This document shows positions 26,297-35,199 of a DNA stretch of 38,887 nucleotides, in pieces. The number at the start of each line of letters is the position of its first letter. The stretch's first letter is position 1. This DNA is from Nemertoderma westbladi (taxonomy: Eukaryota > Animalia > Xenacoelomorpha). The notes under the pieces were generated by a model. It was not told the DNA's origin, did not search any database, and saw only the letters and a list, made by a program, of their open reading frames with translations. The position numbers and the translations under genes are program-made. The stretch is taken from positions 1-38,887 of the forward strand of contig JAUCBJ010002797.1 in assembly GCA_032718475.1 (NCBI GenBank), in the 5' to 3' direction.

Positions 26297-27647
26297 CTAC
26301 TGACTGTATTAGTTTGTACTGACAATATGAGTCGCAGACTACTGACTGCAGTAGTTTGTACTGACAATATGAGTCACAGACTACTGACTGCAGTAGTTTG
26401 TACTGACAATATGAGTCACAGACTACTGACTGCAGTAGTTTGTACTGACAATATGAGTCACAGACTACTGACTGCAGTAGTTTGTACTGACAATATGAGT
26501 CACAGTCTAGTGACTGCAGTAGTTTGTACTGACAATATGAGTCACAGTCTAGTGACTGCAGTAGTTTGTACTGACAATATGAGTCACAGACTACTGACTG
26601 CAGTAGTTTGTACTGACAATATGAGTCACAGACTACTGACTGCAGTAGTTTGTACTGACAATATGAGTCACAGACTACTGACTGCAGTAGTTTGTACTGA
26701 CAATATGAGTCACAGTCTAGTGACTGCAGTAGTTTGTACTGACAATATCAGTCACAGACTACTGACTGCAGTAGTTTGTACTGACAATATGAGTCACAGA
26801 CTACTGACTGCAGTAGTTTGTACTGACAATATCAGTCACAGACTAGTGACTGCAGTAGTTTGTACTGACAATATGAGTCACAGACTACTGACTGCAGTAG
26901 TTTGTACTGACAATATGAGTCACAGACTACTGACTGCAGTAGTTTGTACTGACAATATGAGTCACAGTCTAGTGACTGCAGTAGTTTGTACTGACAATAT
27001 CAGTCACAGACTACTGACTGCAGTAGTTTGTACTGACAATATGAGTCACAGACTAGTGACTGCAGTAGTTTGTACTGACAATATGAGTCACAGACTACTG
27101 ACTGCAGTAGTTTGTACTGACAATATGAGTCACAGACTACTGACTGCAGTAGTTTGTACTGACAATATCAGTCACAGACTACTGACTGCAGTAGTTTGTA
27201 CTGACAATATGAGTCACAGACTACTGACTGCAGTAGTTTGTACTGACAATATGAGTCACAGACTAGTGACTGCAGTAGTTTGTACTGACAATATGAGTCA
27301 CAGACTACTGACTGCAGTAGTTTGTACTGATAATATGAGTCACAGACTACTGACTGCAGTAGTTTGTACTGACAATATCAGTCACAGACTACTGACTGCA
27401 GTAGTTTGTACTGACAATATGAGTCACAGACTACTGACTGCAGTAGTTTGTACTGACAATATGAGTCACAGACTACTGACTGCAGTAGTTTGTACTGACA
27501 ATATGAGTCACAGACTACTGACTGCAGTAGTTTGTACTGACAATATGAGTCACAGACTACTGACTGCAGTAGTTTGTACTGATAATATCAGTCACAGACT
27601 ACTGACTGCAGTAGTTTGTACTGACAATATCAGTCACAGACTACTGA
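26297..27647. repeat. 42-bp minisatellite, about 32 copies
   Basis: Unit CTACTGACTGCAGTAGTTTGTACTGACAATAT[G/C]AGTCACAG[A/T] in tandem, with near-identical copies. Confidence 0.97.
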
Positions 27648-27725
27648 ATCTGCATCATCTGCTGAGTATCTAATAGTTTTACTGACAAGCCAATAGTCAA
27701 GATTTTACAGTTAGTATGTACACTA

Positions 27726-28226
27726 CACGAAGTGGGGACTTCGCGCAGCACGAAGTTGGCGAAGCCTTAGCGAATTGACACTGTTAGGGGGTGGGTCAAT
27801 TTATGCAAATAGTTGTCGTTGTCACGTTGGCCCTCTAGCGGCAGACTGGAGAACTGCAGATGGATTCGCCTCCTTTGAAAGTCACAGCTAATGGTCTAAT
27901 ACATATCTGCCAAGTTTCAGCTTAAACGGATTAAAAGCAAAGAAATGGGAGGGCATTTAATGTTTAGACATGTGGCCCTCTAGCGGGAGACCATTGCACT
28001 GATGGTGTCTGAAAGTCTCTCAAAAATCTCAACTTTTGCTCATATTGATACCTACAAATTTTCAACTTGGCAGCTTTAAATCCGACAAAGTTATTAGCAT
28101 GTCAAAATCGTAACGACGACGACGACAACGACGACGACGACGACGACAACTATTTGCATAAATTGACCCACCCCCTAACAGTGTCAATTCGCTAAGGCTC
28201 CGCCAACTTCGTGGCTCGCCCCACAG
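27726..28226. mobile_element. Non-autonomous element with ~85-bp inverted repeats and GTGGGG...CCCCAC ends (MITE or HINE/DINE-like)
   Basis: CACGAAGTTGGCGAAGCCTTAGCGAATTGACACTGTTAGGGGGTGGGTCAATTTATGCAAATAGTTGTCG is mirrored at about 28143-28213. A (GAC)n microsatellite lies just inside the right arm, and a terminal hairpin CGAAGT-GGGG-ACTTCG lies at the left end. Exact ends are uncertain by a few bp. Confidence 0.8.
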
Positions 28227-28301
28227 GCCTATATCACTATATTTTAAGTTAATATATCACAGTCACTATATCTGCCATCAGTCACTATATCACTTCACAT
28301 A

Positions 28302-28445
28302 TTATGTTGAGTCAGGTGAAAAGCGTGCCGAAGGGTAATAATAGTTCTGATATCGTTTTGGTGGTCGCAATGTACGTCCATAGCGCGATTCGATTGGTGG
28401 TCGCGAAGTTGAATCGGCGGAGAGGGAACGGTAGGTATGCGAATG
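28302..28445 (-). pseudogene. 3' tail of an old LTR-retrotransposon integrase; continues 33389-33812 across the hAT insertion
   Basis: SRYGRTLRPPKRYQNY resembles the R-S/Y-G-R-x-x-R-P-P-x-R-Y terminal motif common in Gypsy/Bel pol. It joins 33389 through the duplicated TGCGAATG. Confidence 0.65.
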
Positions 28446-28743
28446 CAGGGACGGATTAAGGGGGGGGGGGGTGGGGGGGGGGGGGCAACAGGGGCAGCTG
28501 CCGGGGGCCCGTAAGTTGGAAGGGGCCCGCAATTTGGGAGAAATTTACAGCACTTTATCTCACTGATAAAACAATACGTTTCATTAATTCAAAATGATAC
28601 AAAATTTTCTTCAAAATCAAACTGTTGTGAATTTTTTTTGATTTGCCTATCGTAGAGCTTTCTCTATATTGCGACGATGTTAAATATCTAGTAATACCTC
28701 ACATATAGTATCATCATATAGTATAGTATAAAGTGGTTTACAT

Positions 28744-29633
28744 GGTGTTCGGACACTTCCCCCCCGGACAGTTCCCCCCCGCTCAAGTAGGACACTTCCC
28801 CCCCGGACACTTCCCCCCCCAGACACTTCCCCCCCGCGGACACTTCCCCCCCCCCCCCCGACTGTTCTTAACTTCGCACATTCGTATTTTTAATTTTTTA
28901 AGGTAAACGGACCGCTTGTATCCAGATAAGTTGTATCCAATTTTCCTTTCGTAGCTCAGAAAGTGATCTTTTGCATCCCGATTTTACATTTTATATCCAA
29001 GTTTTATTTATGGGTTTTATCAATGCAATTACATCGTATTGTTTGCTAATCTTTAAACAATTAATTATATTAGATGACCTATAAATTCCATCCCCTGAAT
29101 GATATACTGTTTTTATTAACTATAGAATTATAATAATTAATTGTTTTAATTATAGGTTTATGTAATAGTCTTCTTCAAATTTAGCAGATGGGAATGAATA
29201 TTATTGTTGCAATCAAAATTATACCTCTCCAGGGTAAAATCGGGGTGCGTCGACCTGTATTCTGTGTTCAGCATTACATATTGATATATATATTACTACT
29301 ATACATACTATATAGATATTATACACACTACATATTAAATGTCCTGGTTACTTGCAATATTTTTAATAGGATTTTGTTGAATTATATAATATTGTAGTAA
29401 TTTATATATTAAATTGGTTAACATTCAATACAGCTCCTACTTAGTCAATTTATTATCTGATGATACAAACATGAATTAATTATTTCAAAGAGAGAGTTTT
29501 AACACTTTAACTGGGGGGGGAAGTGTCCGGGGGGCAAGTGTCCGTGGGGGAAGTGTCCGGGGGGGAAGTGTCCTACTTGGGCGGGGGCAAGTGTCCGGGG
29601 GGGAAGTGTCCGGGGGGGAAGTGTCCTAGATCC
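28744..29633. mobile_element. MITE with long inverted ends made of GGACACTTCCCCCCC tandem motifs (Mutator/foldback-like)
   Basis: About six copies of GGACACTTCCCCCCC at 28751-28860 face reverse-complement copies at 29513-29627. The diagnostic CAAGTAGGACAC/GTGTCCTACTTG occurs in both arms, and the interior is AT-rich. Confidence 0.85.
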
Positions 29634-30388
29634 CTAGTAATACCTCCTGTAGTATCATCACCTATTTGTTTATTATTAATGCGAGCAATTTTCGGCATAA
29701 CATTCAACGCTTGCTTCCATTTCCCTGTGGTTGCCAACCATCTTGGCGATTCAGGCCAGACAACATAGAAGAACAGACACATGAAAGGAAATAGACACTG
29801 ATATAAGTGAAAATAATACCATGGTAACCGTCGGAATATGTACGAACAGACAGTGGATAGCATCATGCCTACTCCAATAAATGCTTCAAAAGAGACACCA
29901 ATAAAGGTTCTGTACTCATAGCCAACGAGTTCCATGGCCAGGATAGTCCCAATCATAAGGGGGGCTGAATAACTCATTCCCAAAACTATTTGTTGAAATA
30001 TAAAATAATGTATATTTCCCGGGAAAATAAACATGAAGGATTGACCCATACTTTGCAACAAGAATGCGAGAAATATGGCTTTCTTCCGTCCCCATATATC
30101 TGAAATCGCGCTGAATAATCCCGCTCCGGGTATTATTGTGAGAATAAATGCCGTTTTCGCAAATTGAAACTCTACATCCTTTTCACAAAAGAAATTAAAT
30201 TTCATGAGGTAGGTGTTTGTGAAGACGGACTGGTCAAATGACCAGCCATGGCGACATTTGATTCGATCCTTGTTTTAAATCTCTCCAAGTTTATCAACAA
30301 TATACGAAACATCGCAGTGGTAACCGGTGTGCGCGCTAAGAAGCACCATTTCCATGATCAGCAGTGTTGGAATTGACGCACATAATAA

Positions 30389-30999
30389 CACGTTCGTGGG
30401 GACTTCGCGCAGCACGTAGTCGGCAAGCCTTGGCATACGGTTCATATAGAGCAAATGGGGCATGTCTAGTTTGGACCCCATATCCCATGCTATAAATGTA
30501 TTCATTCGATATACAATCATATGTTAATCCGCTAGGTGGTGTCAAATTGTTATTCTGCAATTTCGTACTTACCAGTGCAGCACTGTACAGCAGTACCGTA
30601 CCGGTAGGCCTATGTCATTACTTCTGAGTCTCTAGCGGATCCCCAATTAAATGTCTTAACTTTTCAATTTCGTAAAAGATAGACTTCATGATTCTCTACA
30701 GGCCACCAAAATTTCAGCTCAGGAAAATGAGGCCTTCCCGAGAAATTTAACATTTTCTAAAAACCACATAATCTGTCGTAGCTGACGTCAGACTGCATGA
30801 TTTTTCACCAAACTTTACAAACTTTCTAAACTTTCTCTCTACTACTTACCTACTAAGTTTGGTTCAATTCCGAACCAGCGATGCCGAGAAATTCGCGTTC
30901 AAACATTTACCAGACAGACAGACAGACAGACGGACATGCCCCATTTGCCCTATATGAACCGTATGCCAAGGCTCGCCGACTACGTGTCTCGCCCCACAC
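30389..30999. mobile_element. Non-autonomous element with GTGGGG...CCCCAC ends inserted in the SLC22 coding sequence (HINE/DINE-like)
   Basis: Inverted arms CACGTAGTCGGCAAGCCTTGGCATACGGTTCATATAGAGCAAATGGGGCATGTC and its mirror at about 30933-30986, with a (CAGA)n microsatellite beside the right arm. Excision rejoins YCTI-LLCASIP in frame at a TT|TT junction (minus strand) without a TSD. Confidence 0.85.
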
Positions 31000-31525
31000 A
31001 ATAGTGCAATAAACAACAACCCATTGATAGCAGCCAAAAGAACCTATGAGAGGCCAAATATCATCATAAGTGTGAATGTGTTTATTTTCATCAACGAATT
31101 TATTATTATCTGATCCATTTCCACCTAATTGTGTATCGCCATAATTAATTGTTTTCATTTTATTTAATTGAATTGTAATATACAAAATTATTAATTGGAG
31201 AACTGAGCTACTATGCCCAAAACATACCGGTAGTAAATGTGTCTAGTTTGAAGAAAAGAAGGTTACCCACCCTTCAAAGGTTGTCTGTAAATGAGATTGA
31301 AAGGAGGACGACCCATAGGGCCGGAATGACAAGATTGGAGGAAAGTCAGGCCTACACGGAACGACCAAAATTTAATTTTATTTCATTAGTAAAATTCACA
31401 CAGCGGGACAGGCCAAAAACAAACAACACATAAATCAGGATTAAATAATAAACAATGAGTTAGTGCGTTTAGAAGGATCTTTTTCTTAGTGACCAAAAAA
31501 TAATTGAATAAGAATAGTTTTCAAA

Positions 31526-32380
31526 GGCGATCTTAGTTCCAATTGAAACGAATTTAGTTCCAAAATAAATTTTACAAAGCGAACTTAGTTCCAATCCCAG
31601 AATATCAAAACTAACTTAATTCCAATGGATGCGAATTTAGTTCCAATGGGTACGAACTTAGTTCCAATGTTTCAATCGTGGGGATAGCCATGTAGTAGGC
31701 GAAGCCTTTTCGTATTGCCACTATTTGGGGTGGATCAGGGTCAACAATAATTGTAAATAATTGTAAAACCCTTCTGTCATTTTTACAAAAACGAATTATT
31801 ATTAATGAATTAAATGTATAATTACATATTTTAAATATATATATATTAATCACGAGTATACTGATACTGACTGACTGAGTCTGTAGTATTATATACTCAA
31901 GTCATGCACATTGTGCCATTTTCACACCAAATACAATATTTATCAGTTGTTTCGGTTTAGGTGGATGGGCGTTGTTTGGGTTAGGAGGTTGGGCGTAGTT
32001 TGGATTAAGAGCTTGGGCGTTGTTTTTTACAATGAATATCATTTTAAATGATTAAATATAAATTAATTGAATTGAATTGTTTGGGTTAAGAGGATGGGTG
32101 TTGTTTGGGATAAGATTGTTTTGGTTAGGAGCTTGGGCGTTTTGGGTTAGTTATTTACAATTATTATTTAACCATCTACCTAATAGTGGCATTAAACATT
32201 CTTCGTCAACTATGTGGCTCGCCCCACACCTGCAACATTGGAACTAAATTTGCATGCATTGGAACTAAATTGGTTTTCGTTTTTCTCTAGTTATTGGAAC
32301 TAAGTTCGCCTAAATTGGAACTAAATTCGTTTCCATTGGAACTAAATTCGCATGAGGCTTAAATTGGAACTAAGTACGGG
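31526..32380. mobile_element. MITE/foldback with inverted arrays of TTAGTTCCAAT
   Basis: Six TTAGTTCCAAT-like copies at 31533-31668 face six ATTGGAACTAA copies at 32237-32373. The interior has GGTTAGG/TTGGGCGT motifs and an inner GTGGGG...CCCCAC inverted pair (31678/32227). Confidence 0.75.
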
Positions 32381-32384
32381 GAAT

Positions 32385-33289
32385 CGTTGGTACAAATAAG
32401 TAACGCTGGTGATATTTTTTTCAAATAAAACAATATATTCGATATAAAAACGTAACGGAAAACATTATGGACAGAATAGTTGAATTTCGCTAAATTGAAT
32501 ATCAGTGAAAAAAAGCGTCCGCTTACTTTTATTTTTATCGAATAATAGTCCTTTATTATTTAAATAGTAATAATTTTTCCTAAAATTACACCATCCAAAT
32601 GACATCAATTCTATATTTAGGAACGATTATATTGGTGTATCAATAAATTAGACACAACAATTACTTAAAATAGCAATTTCCTAGCCTACTGAACTCGTGA
32701 ATGATTTCAGACAAAATCTAACAGAAAAGTAAATTAAATGTTAATTGTAATACAGTAATAATTTACTATTATTTTAAATCGACCCTTTTGCTAACCTTTT
32801 TCCTTTAAGCATTACTTTACACTTAAAATATTTTTTAAAACACTTTAAACATTCTTTGAAAGTGTAAAGTAATGCTCAAAGGAAAACGTTAGCAAAAGGG
32901 TCGATTTAAAATAATAGTAAATTATTTCTGTATTACAATTAACATTTAATTTACTTTTCAATTAGATTTATCTGAAATCATTCACAAGTTCAGTATAGTC
33001 ACAAGTATTTGTAGTAATTGTTGTGTCTAATTCATTGTTATACCAATATAGTCGTTCCTAAATATAGAACTTATGTCTTTTTGATGGTGTAATTTTAGGA
33101 AAAAAATATTATTATTTAAATGAAAAAGGACTATTATTCGATAAAAAAAAAAGTAAGCGGAAATCACCGCTTTTTTCACTGATTTTCACTTCAACTATTC
33201 TGTCCATAGTGTTTTCCATTACGTTTTATATCGAATATATTGTTTTATTTGAAAAAAAATATCACCAGCGTTACTTATTTTTACCAACG
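32385..33289. mobile_element. ~905-bp foldback (near-complete palindrome), probably a MITE
   Basis: Arms of about 440 bp start CGTTGGTA.AAATAAGTAACGCTGGTGATATTTTTTT and end with its reverse complement. They match with scattered mismatches up to a short centre at about 32825-32859. No clean TSD. Confidence 0.85.
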
Positions 33290-33388
33290 GGGGGACCAAC
33301 ATTTTTTGCAATTGGTTTTCGTGGCTAGGGGCCCGTTGATTGCGACTGCCGGCGGCCCGAAAATTCATAATCCGTCCCTGTGCGAATG

Positions 33389-33812
33389 CCAGGCGGATCT
33401 ACACCAGGAGCAGGATTGGCCATTGGTTGTTGGTTTGAGTAGTTGTGGTGAACTGGACCTTTAACACTGCTATCCCAATGTGTTGAGGTAGAATGACCTG
33501 GAGGAAATGTAACAACATAGAGCTTTACATCGTTCTTGTGGCGTTTAAATACCTTATTAGTATATCTTTTCTTAATAGTCACACCATGGAAAGTAACTTC
33601 GGTAACTTTGAAAGGTTCGACTAGGTATTTTGGGTCAAAGTTGCACCGACGTTGGAAATTTTTAACCAAAACAGTGTCAAGATGCAGGTTGTCCCGTTTC
33701 CGCTTGGTAGAAGAGTTGACTGCATCATGGTATATTATCTTTCCTGTGTTGGGGAGATATCGGTTCCTGAGTTGTTTTGTTGGTTACTGATTGGCAGAAT
33801 AAACAATGTTGG
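33389..33812 (-). pseudogene. Integrase C-terminal (GPY/F-like) module of an old Gypsy-type element
   Basis: DTVLVKNFQRRCNFDPKYLVEPFKVTEVTFHGVTI...KVFKRHKNDVK fits the D-x-V-L-V-K...K-x-x-P-x-Y/F-x-x-P-F-x-V pattern. Confidence 0.7.
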
Positions 33813-33814
33813 AC

Positions 33815-33936
33815 CAGAGGCGTAGCGAGCCCTTCTGGCGCCCAGAGGAATGAAGCTGAGATAGCGCCCCCCCCCCCCCCCCCCCCTCAATAATTTTAAC
33901 TTTTCATTTATGGCGGTTTTTTTAATATTATATAAC
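33815..33936. mobile_element. Left end of a second hAT-like MITE, interrupted by an LTR element
   Basis: Starts CAGAGGCGTAGCGAG with GCGCCC motifs and a poly-C tract, the same style as the 28446 end. It truncates the integrase remnant, and no partner end lies in the window. Confidence 0.5.
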
Positions 33937-34483
33937 TGTGACGGGATCCAAGAGGGATCCCGGTTTATCCGTTGTTAGTTCACGCGTCCCCGCCGTGTAT
34001 AAGGAGTGAATGAGTTTGTGCTGTTTGTCGTATATAATATTTGGATATGCAGATATAGATATAGATATAGATATGAGATAATATTGTCGTATACGGAAGG
34101 CGGGATACGGTAACTAAAGTCCCGGTCCTTCCCTAGCTAAACTATGTAACCTAATCTAGCACCGGTATTGCACTGAGATAACTGAATTGATATGATTACT
34201 GCCAAGTGGCTATATTGCACGGTTGGCCTTGTTACTCTACCTAATCGATGCCTTTCCCCCCTCTGATTGGTTGATACCCTTGTTGGCGCCCTTTGGAGTG
34301 TTCCCGTTCACTCCACCTATTCTCTCTGGGTTAGGGGTTTGGCCCCTGACCCTCATTGTGTGCTTCTCCTTCCCATTCTTATTGGGATGGCACGAGTTGG
34401 TTAATTACCCAATCTCGTGGCTCCCAATATTGCTTATCGGCTTATAACTTTATGGGGTGTTAGCGGGATTGAATAAGCTAACA
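33937..34483 (-). repeat. 3' LTR (547 bp) of a minus-strand LTR retroelement
   Basis: The minus strand reads TGTTAGC...CGTCACA (TG..CA ends) and is immediately preceded by the polypurine tract GGGGGGGAG. No second copy lies in the window, so the distal end is inferred from the terminal motif. Confidence 0.72.
34180..34385 (-). promoter_or_regulatory. Putative LTR promoter (CCAAT boxes, weak TATA, Inr)
   Basis: On the minus strand: CCAAT at 34381-34385 and 34266-34270, AATATAG at 34210-34216, and TCAGTT initiator-like at 34180-34185. Motif-only evidence. Confidence 0.35.
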
Positions 34484-34492
34484 CTCCCCCCC
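34484..34492 (-). promoter_or_regulatory. Polypurine tract (plus-strand primer site)
   Basis: CTCCCCCCC on + equals GGGGGGGAG on -, abutting the TG of the LTR. Confidence 0.7.
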
Positions 34493-35199
34493 ATGCTATC
34501 TTCCCGGTAAGAAGATAGCATCAACCAAAAAAGTGCGCTACAATCCCGCTGGATCCCGATCTAGCATCGGGTGTGGGGTGGAATTGTTTTCTCTCGGAGC
34601 TGGCTTTCCAGGCCGCTCCCTATGGGTATGATAACGCTACCCTGTGTGCCTGGCGCCTCATGTCGGGCCGATCGCGCTCACCTCTCACGCAACTTTTGTT
34701 TCCCCAACACTTCCGCCCTATCTCTTCTTCACTCTTATCCTAACTCTCTCACACACTCGGACCTCCTCGTCCCTCACTCAGCCTCTTATTCTCCCCCCCC
34801 CCACACTAGAATTGCGTCCGCACTCTCTCCGCACTTCGCACCTACTACTCTGTCCCTCAACCCTGCTCTGACTACCTCATCCCTTCTGACGAATCTCCCC
34901 CCCCCCCTCTTGTGCCGTCGCACTCAAGAAGTGTGAAATTGTCTGGTGTCTCGTCCATAGTGCCATAGTCAGTTTACCCCGCAGTCCCAGTAGCTAATTG
35001 AGAAAGGTTGTATGACTATAGTACTTACTTCGAGCGTATATATTCGTAGATTACTAATTACTACATACGTACATACAAATTGCACTTATATGATTATTTG
35101 CATTAATTAAATTTGTACTTAATAGTTCGTACCTCCCACGCGGCGCCTTCCAGGCGCACCACGTCCAAGTCTCAGTCTCTCTCCCTCGGCTCTGGGAAC

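Larger units (their letters stand above)
28558..31158 (-). pseudogene. Disrupted, 3'-truncated SLC22 (organic cation/anion transporter, MFS) gene copy covering roughly TM1-TM6 and the central loop, with no introns seen
   Basis: Motifs YDDIWPLIGSFGCYQW, KCRHGWSFDQSVFTNTYLMKFNFFC, ISDIWGRKK, LAMELVGYEYR and WPESPRWL. ATG at 31158 and an in-frame TAA at 30275-30277. Two insertions (30389-30999 and 28701-29633) can be removed to restore one frame ending ...KILYHFELMKRIVLSV at the hAT left end. Confidence 0.88.
28446..33380. mobile_element. Non-autonomous hAT-like element carrying ~4.7 kb of cargo (Pack-type)
   Basis: Perfect 13-bp TIRs CAGGGACGGATTA (28446) and TAATCCGTCCCTG (ending 33380). Identical 8-bp TSD TGCGAATG at 28438-28445 and 33381-33388. 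GGGGCCCG subterminal motifs occur in both ends, and there is no transposase. Confidence 0.9.

Noticed and set aside
26327-27673. 448-aa ORF (MSHRLLTAVVCTDN)n
   Set aside because: It is the translation of a 42-bp minisatellite whose length is a multiple of three, with no unique coding sequence attached.
28227-28301. Possible LTR of the old Gypsy remnant and source of the 42-bp unit (CAGTCAC motifs)
   Set aside because: There is no PPT or TG..CA boundaries, and the similarity to the minisatellite is only 7 bp.
29523-29768. GGKCP/GHFPP repeat peptides, including the C-terminus of the 210-aa ORF
   Set aside because: These are translations of the MITE terminal GGACACTTCCCCCCC repeats.
31955-32150. 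Telomere-like TTAGG/GGTTAG motifs
   Set aside because: They are scattered and degenerate inside a MITE interior, not a tandem telomeric tract.
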